From: Laetmonice hystrix
Taxonomy: Eukaryota
Length of the DNA: 64,000 nt
Reading direction: 5' to 3'
Assembly: GCA_965235115.1 (NCBI GenBank)
Contig: OZ249444.1
Span: forward strand, 29,326,001 to 29,390,000
The notes below the pieces were generated by a model. The model did no database searches. It had not been told where the DNA came from and saw only the letters and a list, made by a program, of their open reading frames with translations. A program made the position numbers and the translations under genes. Shown here one piece after another: positions 13,397 through 24,425 of this stretch; the stretch's first letter is position 1, and every line of letters begins with the position of its first letter.

Positions 13397-16300
13397 CTAA
13401 ACGCTAGGAAAATACAAAACCTGCTTCCCGGACCGTAAACGTTTGAAAATGGGTGTTTGATCTTGAATTTCTGAAGTGGCTGTTTTACGTTTGCGTCTTT
13501 TATTCACAGACTTTGGAGGCGTAACACTATCATAAGAGATGGAGGAGCCATGTCTCACCACTGGCCGTCCCCGTCTCTGAAATATAAAAGACACAAACAT
13601 TGTTTTGCTAAGTCCATCACAATTGAAAAGGGCACAGTACACTGAAAGTCAAAACAGACATCCTGAGTTATGTTCCTGGACATTATTAATAATAATCCTC
13701 ATGTTTATCAAATATTTGCTATTGTAAGGGAACAATATTTCGTCAATTCTAAATTTATGTAAAATCTTATCAAAGTCAACACTAATTATCATGTCTGAGA
13801 CATGTGTTCAAGTTTCAATTTAGCGTTTTACTATATTGATTGATTTAAATTATTTTTACTTACCGCTCTTGTTTGTCGTACAGAGGGTTTTTGCACGCTA
13901 CTGCCAGCACTTAGCGTGTTAGTGAAACTGTTGTTTGTACTAGTGTTGTTACTGTGGCTATTGTGGTGGTCCCCATTGAAAATTCCTGAATCCTGACAAT
14001 TACAAGGGGAACTGACAGGCGACATGACGATGCTGTGGCCTTGCAGCTGCTCAGCCTCTTGACGACACAGATCGACCACACCTGCCAGCGTCATGGTACG
14101 TCTCTCTACTCTTTCCATCATGGTGCTGCAAACAGTTGTCATAATCCAAGGGTTGTTACCCAATGCCAAGTCAGGAAATGTTTTAACACTACACCACCTA
14201 ACCTCACCTTACATCCATTAGTCTATAAAACCTTGTTCTATCTACATTTTCATTCCTACATTATCAACTTTGTACTGAGGGGGTTTTTACCATTTTTTTT
14301 AATAGAAACTGTATAGCGTCAAAAATTAAACATTTACTAAAGAAGAATGTTCTTACCATAACATGGTCTTCATTCGTTGAGAAATTGCTGTGTGTTGGAT
14401 AAGTGTAGGTTCCAGTGTAAATTCAAAGAGGTCTCTGCCTGTAATCTTCTTTTGTTTTGCTGCATGAACGCTTTTTAACAACGTTGGCAATTTGGAGGAT
14501 TGCAGGAACTCAGGGGAGTGAAGCTGTAAAAAAAACAAAGCAAAAAAATTGAGCACCGAATAAAATAGAGATGACAACTTATGACGACATTGAAATCATT
14601 ATGCCAAATTCCTAACGATTGGCATCTTGCTATGTGCATATCTTTAAAATTAACAAAGAAAATCGATTTAGTATTATCTTAAGAAAAACCCAAGCATCAC
14701 TAATTCATACCCTTCAATGAAATATTTTTACATCATTGATACCATCAAATAAGCATAGAAACATATCTACCATGACAGCAAAGGTGACACCCAGCATGAA
14801 GATATCTGCACGGAAGTCATACGCATCATCAAGGAGCACTTCTGGAGCATGGTAACCGTTGGTGCCGAGAATGTCATCACAGATAACTTTTTCTGTGAAC
14901 ACTCGTTTGCCCATTCCCAGGTCAATGACTCTCATAGATACCTGTCTCACTTGGCCTCCAGTCCCACGGGTTATCTGTCGCAAATCATAGAAAAAATGTA
15001 CCTCGCAAATTTTCTTTGACCGTTACCCGGTAACTCTAAATAAAGCAACGACTCGTACCCTTCTTTAAAAAAAACAGGATCAACTACAGCGTTCTCGCCA
15101 GCCTTTTTCAGTGTAGCGGGCCGCTACGCTGTGTATTTAGGCCACTACACTGTCTTTGAGGCCGCTGCATTGTCTCTTGACCAGCGTAGCAGCAAAAACT
15201 TGTCTAAATTCAACGGAACCCACAGGAATACCGGTAAAATGTCACTTGTTTACTGTCCAGTTTTACAAACCTTTCTTATCTGACTATCTAGACTGCAAGA
15301 TAAGGCTCTAAAATAGCCTAAATTACCTGAGCTTGGGGTTTGCCCCTCCTGTACCCCTAACCAGGGCTCTGCCCTTAGTTTGACCACTACGCTGTCGAAA
15401 ATTTCTGGCGAGAACCCTGAACTACATAAATTTAGTTGTCTTTAATGCTAGAATTTGAGTGATGAAATAATAACTTCTAACTGCAGTCTACTCACGTTTG
15501 TAATGAGAATATTTTCTGGTTTAATATCTTGATGGATAATCTTCTTAGAATGCAGGGTGTGGATGGCTGCTGCGATGTCCCCAAACAGTCTGTAGATGAC
15601 GTTTAACGGCAGCACCTCTTTCTGGACAAGTTGCAGACTGTTCATCAGCCCGACCTCCGTGATGATCACCAGTTTCCCTAAACTTGGATCGTTCTCATCA
15701 GGTACTGCTGCCACCCCATACACCGACAGCGTCGTACCAATTATGGGATCCTTTGCCAAGCTGTAGGATAACAAGGGTCACATGTTGAGACATTCAGCAC
15801 TGCTCAGTAATCTAACAAACCTGGAATATATTATAATGAAAAAATTTAAATGAAAAAAGCCACTGGTCAAATTCAAAATGGCTTTTAGCATGGAAAGTAG
15901 CAATTCCAAATTCATCGACATATTGAAAATACTACTTTTTGACCAGTTGACTTCAAATGAGAACAATTTGAACCTACCATAGCAGCTCAATCTCATCCAG
16001 AGTAATGTTGACACAGTCATCGGAGTTGTCAACAAGGGTCTTAACGGCTGCATCGACCGGCAAATCATTGTAAGTAACTGTGCACTTCCTCACGACACCT
16101 TCCCCACCTTTACCAAGGATCTGGCCAAACTCAATGTCTTCATATTCAAACACCTCAATATGGACATTGTACTGAAACAACAAAGACAGGCTTACATTTT
16201 AACATACATTTCTTTTATTTGGTCAGGGTGATTTTGGATCAATAATTGACCACTCACCAGAGAGCCAAGGATCTTTTGTCCGAGATAAGATCAGGTATGC

Positions 16301-17602
16301 CACACAGCAACCGTGTGTTTTGGGAGACATTGATTTTTCCACTGAGTGGCACACCGACAGAGTCACAGACCTTTGTCATTTAACTTTTGATTAAGGAGAA
16401 CTTATCACAGGCTAAATCAACATTAAAAGACTACATTTGTTATCGACTCTGTACTACTCTAAACCAGGGCCAGCTCTAGGTATTTTTCTTGATGATATCA
16501 GTGTTCTCCACAGGGTCAGGCCAAGGTCGGGCGGCCCGATGTGACGAGCACCGACGGCGCGAGAGGCGAGCGCCGTTTGGTTGGGGGGGGGGTCTGGGGG
16601 TCCTCCCCCAGAAAATTTTGAACTGTAGAAGCCCGGAGATGCGATTTCCCGGCATCTGGGAGAGAAAATGACTGCTCTCGGAAGGCACCCCAATCGCCTA
16701 TTTTTAACTGACCAAGTTCAGAAAACCATGGTTATAATCCTGAGCCCGAACAGTATGCCACAACGAAGAGCTAATTTTACTTAATTTTTATTACACTTTA
16801 CGCCCAGGATGATTCCAAATGCCCCCAGCTGGATAGATCAGCGGTAGAACACAGTGGCCGACCCGGTCGTTGCTACGGCTACGCTGCTTACCAACCCTTA
16901 CAGCATACAATGGGCTGTCCCCAGTCACTGTGCGGTGGGCGATTCCACTTAACGTAGGGGGCCTGGGTTGTTCAGACGGCGAGTGTGACATAGTTTGGCT
17001 GTGTCAAATCGTTATTTAAGTAATTTTAACTAGCTCTAAGACTAAGGCCCAGTAAGAGTATGATTCAGTGCTACTGGGATAAGCGAGTTTAGACGATTGG
17101 AATGGATTTTAAGGTCGGGCGGTCGGCCGCCAAGGTCGGGCGGTCGTGACCAAGGTCGGGCGGCCCGCTGCCAAGGTCGGGCGGCCCGCCCGACCTTGGA
17201 GCCTTGTGGAGAACACTGGATATGCAGGCCTTGCCGATCGTGCTTCAACTGCTTGTGCCCCATAGCGCCTGCAAAATTTGCGTCAGAAGCACCGTTCATC
17301 ACGCCCATAAACTTCACTGACCAGGCAGTTTGAATCACCGTTCCTCCAAAGCCATGTCTGTGGCTACCTTTAAAACCTCTGCAAGCCTATTCTCCCAGCT
17401 ATTACTAGCTGTGCCAAAAATTATGTATAAAAAAAAACTAAAAAAAAAACAACAAAAACTGTGCCATTTAGTGCTCAGGGACTCCCCTTCTAACACCACC
17501 AAATACTATAATGCTGGCACTGCAGAGTAAAATGGCATGACCTACCTTATTAAGTTTTGCCACTAATCTGCGGATCTTCTTCTCCAGCAGCTCCAGCTCC
17601 AT
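13397..17602 (-). CDS. Protein kinase, family unassigned (~463 aa, non-RD: HQD / DLG)
   Basis: Exons 17546-17602 (MELELLEKKIRRLVAKLNK), 15978-16171 (LGKGGEGVV..AAVK..DE), 15496-15760 (IIHQDIKPENIL), 14771-14974 (VIDLG..GTNGYHAPE..DFRADIFMLG), 14357-14523, 13864-14188 (weak acceptor), 13397-13576 (stop). Phases are consistent. Kinase subdomains I-IX are recognisable. Confidence 0.88.
15087..15419. mobile_element. Non-autonomous TIR element in a kinase intron
   Basis: TA|CAGCGTTCTCGCCAG ... CTGGCGAGAACCCTG; 15-bp TIR with one mismatch; right TSD imperfect. Confidence 0.7.
16464..17200. mobile_element. Degenerate or composite transposon remnant with repeated GGTCGGGCGGCCC motifs
   Basis: Motif aaggtcgggcggc at ~16523 and four times at 17110-17185, plus an inverted copy at ~17186-17200. 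GC-rich island inside an AT-rich intron. No clean TIR pair found. Confidence 0.4.
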
Positions 17603-18159
17603 GACTCAGTCAGGGATTCATTGGTCACATTTATAGCACGACCTGCAATTAAAGGAAATCTGGGCCCGTGAGGTCAGGAGTTATGATTACTGGGTGGTAG
17701 GCCACTCTACCCTGCTATGCAATAAATCCAAATCTGCTGAAATCCAAATCAAGGAAAGGTAAACACTTCCATTAACACACATAAACATTGCATGTATCGA
17801 CTCATTGTCCCCGAGATAAAACGTCCATTGGCCTGCCTTGACCCACCTGTGCCTGTTGTGTATGACACAGACAGGACCACTATCCTTCCAATATCCACAC
17901 AACATGACTATGTGTTCTCCCTGTCCAAATCGCGGTTTCAAGATAAAGATCTATTGTTCTAGATTGTGTAACTGTCATGGCTGTCTACCAGGTCATCATA
18001 CTCTCAGCTCACAGAGGCTGAGTCACAGCTGACAGCAGGGAAAAAATACTGCAGCTGTCTGGGTGGTGCAATCTGGTTGTCTGGCACTTTGGTCATCATT
18101 ATAATATCTATAATGGCAGTCGGTTCCACTACGTGCTCAGCAGCAGGCCCAGCACTGGC

Positions 18160-18410
18160 GGCAGTGGACTGGTGCTTCAATCCCCAACAACACCTCTTCA
18201 GGCCCAGCACGGTGCCCAGTGGTGGTTCAGGAGTTCAAACCCCCAACAACACCTCTACAGGCCAGCACTGGGCCGCAGTGGTGCTTCAACTGTTCAAGCT
18301 CCAGTTCAGGCTTACCAGTGGTGGGCCTGAAGTGGTGGTGCCCAGTGGTGGTGTCCACTGCCGGTGCCCAGGGGTGGTTCAGTTCAATCCACAACACTAC
18401 CTGCCTCTTC
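18160..18410. repeat. Degenerate ~60-bp repeat tract
   Basis: Recurrent gtggtgcttcaa / ccccaacaacacctct / ggcc(c)agcac blocks. Confidence 0.5.
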
Positions 18411-18591
18411 AACATCATGTATGAAAACCCAGGTTACATAATAGAGTTAGTCTGACACAGGCACAGGTAAAAACTGCAGGCTGCAACTCTGCTCCCCGGT
18501 TTTTTTGTTTACTTTTCCAGTTCCACCCTGAGCAAGGGTGAGCTGAGCTGAGCTAGGGTGAGCGTTTTCTTGTTTTTTTGGGGCGAGCCTG

Positions 18592-18762
18592 GGGTCCGTT
18601 CCACTAACGAAAGACGTCTTTGGCAAAGACGTCTTTGGAAAGACGTCTTTGCGGCGCCAATGTTAAAGAATAGGATCTTAGTGGAACAGCCGTCGCCGCA
18701 AAGACCTCTTTGGGCTCAGCGACCATTTCAAAGACGTCTTTCGGGCTTAGTGGAACGGACCC
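18592..18762. mobile_element. PIF/Harbinger-like MITE (171 bp) with CTG target duplication
   Basis: CTG|GGGTCCGTTCCACTAA ... TTAGTGGAACGGACCC|CTG. Contains repeated AAAGACGTCTTT palindromes. Related copies at 42526 and 42843. Confidence 0.8.
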
Positions 18763-19389
18763 CTGAGCTTCTGCTCACCCTTGCTCAGCTCACCCTTGCA
18801 AACAAAAAAAACGGCCCCAGGACCCTCCACAATTGTGGCCCCTCCACAACTGTCCACAATACTACACACCCACCCACCTTATACCCGACTGACCATTTCT
18901 AGCAACATGGACAAAGAGGAGGGTGTATAGAAGACTCTCACTTTGTTTGGAAGCTTACCTAAGCTGTCATTCAAAATTTGATACTGCAGTCTGTGCCAAA
19001 TACTTTTTTTAGTACTAGACTGATGGGCTAGTGAGTGAAAATTTTTACTAGCCCCCCCCCATCTTTTCACTAGACTCAAAATGAGCTCCCTGATGAGCTC
19101 CTAAGCAGTGAAACAAAACACATTCATCATTTCATGGGGAGAACATGTTCATGGGGGAGAGGGGGTAATTCTCCCACTGGTCGGGTCCACGGGTCTCCCT
19201 TGAAAAAACTTTTTTCAGGCTCCCAATAGGCGAATTCTGTTGTTTGAAAAACAGTTGAGACCCTCTCTATCCTTTTTTTTTGCCTCGGCTACCTCCTTTT
19301 CTCTTGTTGATTTTGGAAATTTGAAAGCCTCTAACGTTACATGGAAAAGGTAATAAAGGGGTGATTTTGACTTTCAGAGAATCAGACTG

Positions 19390-19771
19390 CAGGGCTTGTC
19401 TTTTAAGGCGCGCAATTGCGCGCGCGCGGGCGCCATGGCGCGCCTAAAATGGGACAGAGGCGCGCAAAAAAACGCGCACCTTGCAGAAATAAAACTTGAA
19501 AATTCGCGCGCCTCGGACTACTTGTAATGTATATAATGTCTAATGTGCTTGTACCCTGGCAGTAACCATGTGCCTATGGTTGATCGTTAACAGAAGTCAA
19601 GACGGATGGGATGTGTGACGGTTGCGAGGATACACACTATTACACCTCATCTGACCCAAGAATAAATTGTGCGCCTACCACATTTTAGTTGCACAAAAAA
19701 AAAATGCGCGCCTACCTCTTTCAAGGCGCACAAAATTTTGTGCACCTGTTTTTTTTAAAGGACAAGCCCTG
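19390..19771. mobile_element. Non-autonomous TIR element with 6-bp target duplication
   Basis: AGACTG|CAGGGCTTGTCTTTTAA ... TTAAAGGACAAGCCCTG|AGACTG; internal GCGCGC-rich motifs. Confidence 0.8.
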
Positions 19772-22700
19772 AGACTGGCGGGCTAATGCAGTTAGACATA
19801 GTTACCAATATGTCTGACAATAGTTTGGAAATTTGGATACTGTAAGAAGACATTTACATGGAGAACATGACTATAGCAAAACCCTACTTGAAAAGAGTAA
19901 AACGCATTTTCTTCCATATTCAGACAATCATGCAGCCAAGACCCTTCCATAGATCTCTTCCATCTTTTGTAGACTTATTCTACCCCAAAATGTCTGTAAG
20001 CAGAGCAAATTTCAACCTTCTAAATTTAAAAGCCTTAAAGTTAGAGGTGTTTGAAAACCTACTCAGAATTAGTAGTTCGCTTTTGTCGTCAACCCCCCAC
20101 CTCATATTTGGAGGCCCCAGAGACACAATTTTCATGCAAATGCTAAGTAGCAATTTTGAAGAGGTGGCCAAATATGGCTGTCAAATATGTGGTTAAAATT
20201 TAAAGAAATTCGGAGACATACTTTTTTGCCATTGGTTCAACATGGAATGACCCACCTGCGAATGTCCAAAAAATGCCATATGGGTATGAGTTCATATGGA
20301 ATGATCCGGAAAGGTGTCGGACATAATAGTCAGACGAGAAGGTTTCGGGTTGGAAACTTGACCCCGAGTCAAGTGTTTATTGTTTTGTTGGCTTGTTTGT
20401 TTTTCCCCTCCAATTTTATAAAAAAGGTTAGATTTAAAGATAGGGATCCGATAGTTCTAATTAGAAAACCTAAACTAGTTGAGTGCAAAAATTAAAAAAT
20501 GCACCGGTACGCTTTATTTCAACTGTATCATTTGAAATGTTTCTTCCCCCCGGACCCCCCCCCCCCTAACCCTATTTCGAGAAACTCTAACCCTGGCTAG
20601 CTGTCACCCACCGAGGGTTAGAGAGCGAAGCCTATATTGTCAATGGTACCTACTCGACCATTTTGAACGAGTAGACTTTTCTCGAAAAGTGTTGCACCTA
20701 GAACTCTTATCTGTTACCATTTCGATCCATTAAAACAGAATAATTCACTTGTGTTTGCGAGTAATCTGATTCATGTTAGCTCAATTTGACCGCAATCTTG
20801 CCTGTCGGCGCCCTATTGGTTTGCCCAAATTTGGCCGGTAGCCACCTAGGGGTAGGGAACGAAACTGAACCAACCGATTGCTGCCGCTCATTCTTAAAGA
20901 TCTCATATTGCTCTGATTTTAGATCAGAACCAAATGTTCTAATTACACTGTCGCTGATATCTACCATCCATGGATGTAGAAACGATCGGAAGTGAGGGTT
21001 AATGAGCACCTGTCACATCAGACTGATCGATTGGTTTTCTCTCCCAGGTCCGCCTTGCGGTCATTTCTCGCATGACAGTAATGGCAGCGGGTCGGTACGA
21101 TGGTAGTTGGGGTTTCGCTGCTTAAAAAACATCATCAACTATTTTGGTAAAAGTAATGTGTCATTTCAAAGGTGACACGTTAATAATGCTTCTTACTCTT
21201 AGTCAGGCTGAAGTGAAGGTAGACTCAGGGTTTCTTTGCCTGAGGGGCATGTAAATTTGCTCTGATGGGAGTTTGGACTGTGCGCACTCTCACTCTGAGT
21301 GAAACGAAGAGTCAGAGTTTCTCGGACTAGCCTACCCTAACGTTAGACTGCTGACCAGTTTCAGAGAGAGTCCACTCCCCAAGCCAGGCCGAAGGCCAAG
21401 GCAGCCAAGGTTGGCAATACTGCCTTAGCCTTGGGCTTAGAATAACGAGTTCAGAACATGCATGCGATATAAAAACACTGATTCTTACATGTACAGTTGG
21501 ACTTCGCTACTTCCTTTGCGTATGTAAGCGGTCTTTGTTCTATCAATGGGTCGAACCCCCATTAATATTTGAACACAGGCGTTTCATCAACTTCTTTCAG
21601 TCCGCCATGACACCGGATGTTGACGGCCCGATGTACATTACCCTACATTTTTAATCTTATCGACTACTTTCGAACTTACCAGACCTGAAAAAAACTCAGA
21701 TTCTGGTAAAAATGTTTATCCAGCAGGTCATATACTTGTTTTATCTGATGTCGATATTATTAGACATTTATACCGACCAACATCACTTTCCTTCACTTTT
21801 TCTAGCATCCCGTGTCTGGCCCTAGGTGGCGTGGTTGCTCCGCTGTTCAAACCTTGCGTCTCAAAGTCGGCTCAATGAATGGGGTAAATTCTCAGTTTCC
21901 CTCTAAAGTGAAGAATATATTTTGAGTATAACGAAAAGATATACCTACCAGAATGTTATTTTTCCAAGTATGTGGAGAGAGTATGCCGCAAATATAGTTT
22001 TTAGTCCTTTGTTTACATGGGCGACATTAAGAACTTTTCATACATCCGCGCCAAAACGACCGTTGCCCTACTACGCATGCGTTGTAAAGTTGTCGATGTT
22101 GCAGCAAAAATTACCACTTATAACAATTAATTCTGAAAATTTCCGCCAGGTGAACCGGGAGGCAGACGTTGGCTCCCCCTAGGTTAAAATGATGACTGAC
22201 CTTATCCAAAAAAAAAAGAGGGGGGGGGGGGGGGGGCATTTGATTCCCCGATTAAAAAGATATCAATTATGCAATGAGGATTAGATGTTGACGTCGTTAA
22301 ACAGAAAGCTGAGAATTTCACGATCCCATTTTAGTAAGAGGGACTTGTGAATTTAACTGGCCCAATAAGTGTTAGAACAAAGAATAAGTAACTTCCAATG
22401 CTTAATTTTAAATTATTCATTTTATTTTTCTGTGTGGAACACCAGCAAAAATAAAAATTACCGGCACGAAGTGCAATTTCCAAGCTATTTGAAATCACAC
22501 TCACAGACCTGCCACTGGGGGTTTTCAAGCTTGCTGGACTTGTGAAGAATAGACAGGGGATAATGCTAGACTAGAGGTTCCTACAACTTGAACAAACACC
22601 TCGATTATCACATCATACATGTCATATATCGGAGCTAAACAGAAAACGTTGAGTGATTGAACCGTTTCCCTTAAGGTAGTACTTTGTGCCTATAAATTAG

Positions 22701-24425
22701 TATAACTACAAAGTTACACTTAAAAGCTGAATAAAATGTGGGTGATAGATCATCTCCACTGTGGTCACCGCTAGGGGTCGTTCGGCCTTCCAATGGATCA
22801 CCTTGTGTCCAGTGTGCTTTGAGTATAGACCTATAAAAACACCGCTGTTTTTATCGGTCTATGCTTTGTTGTAAATTAGCGCCCAGATTTGACAGGTCTG
22901 CATTGACAGCCATCAAAGAAAATATCCAATATGTTACCACATCCTTTACCGAAACATATCAAGCACAAAATATACTGGTTCTTTCTGGTGTACATACACG
23001 TATTTGATAAACTCCATATGATAAGCCAGGTAACAGGTATGTTCCTTATTTTTGGACGGACATTCTGAGAGATATGATATGCATTTTCTTATTTCTACTA
23101 GTATATAAGTAATGTGCCAAATTTCCTGGACCTCTGGAATCTGGAGGAATGACCATGCATTATTATACAGTTCTCTTATCGCAAACAGTGCAGGCCCATC
23201 CATTTCTGCATTCACAGAAAATATTTTATACTCTCGCACGGAATTACTCATTTTTAATGTGACTTTCTTTTCGGCTATCCTGTCACAGTCATTTTAGCGT
23301 CAGGAGTTGCAGATCAAAATCTTATTGCCTGAAAATGGTCCAGTGAACACAATATAAAAAACATGCTTCACAAACCTTACATTCAGACTGTATGAACCTG
23401 AATTACGACTGTATAAACCTGAACTGCTGCTTTCTATCTTGAAAGTGGACCGCCTTAAAGAATCTCTGAATCTGATCATCATATAAAATCTTCATATTTC
23501 ATCATGATAAGCGTTAAAAACAAAGTATACTGCTCGCATAGTGTACAACATCCCCTCCAAAACACCTTTCTTGTACCCTCCTTTGGAATTCGGAACTAGG
23601 CCACTACACATTCCCAAGGTCAATTCTAAAAACATATTTCCTCTGTAAAAACTAATATATCAATATTAAACACGTTTTTATATATACATGTATTTATCGA
23701 TTTATCAAGAGAAACTCACGAAAAGTGTTCTTCCCCTTGCTAGGAGGAACATACCCCCAAAAAAGGTATTGCCTATTATCACATGATTCTAAAACATAAG
23801 TGGAAAAAAGGGACAAAGAGAGAGAGAAAAGAAAGGTAAAATGTTTGTTTGTAGAGGCTTCAGAATTGTGAATGATATAACCGAGTTATCATACTTAGAT
23901 CACAATAACCATACAATAACACTGCATAATATCGTAATCTATGAATGCCAACTATCCATATCAAACATTATTATTGTGACCAAAGGCTCCGTTGTCAGGA
24001 TTCAGATACTATGGACTGCCTTGATGAGAGAACAAACCGATATACACATCATCTTCCTCCATGTTAACTTGTCACGATACAAGGACGGTTATAGGACGAA
24101 GTTACATGCAAGGACATACCACAACTCTTTCAACATTTGGACGGATACATAGCTTATTAATACATAATGGTCTAACAAAGTAAGTACAGTGGCTGGCCAG
24201 TATATCATCAAATATTTACGTAATATCTCTTGGGTAAGCAATCGTATAGCATTAATTCATACATTTTCCCATCATGTCTAAAACACACATGCAGGGTCTT
24301 AATATGACATAAAATACACAGTTGATTAACAGTTGAGACATGTGGTCTTTAGCACACAAATGATATGTATAAATGACATATATCAACGATAACAATACAT
24401 GTTGGGGTATAATGGCTGGGGTTGA

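Noticed and set aside
16258-16379. ATG-initiated open segment with a GTGAGT donor upstream of kinase exon 2
   Set aside because: Phase is incompatible with the kinase frame; the exon at 17546-17602 fits exactly.
22946-23482. Minus-strand ORFs of 101 and 60 aa between the kinase and DZIP1
   Set aside because: No recognisable domain or consistent splice structure; possibly a decayed transposon, but unsupported without a search.
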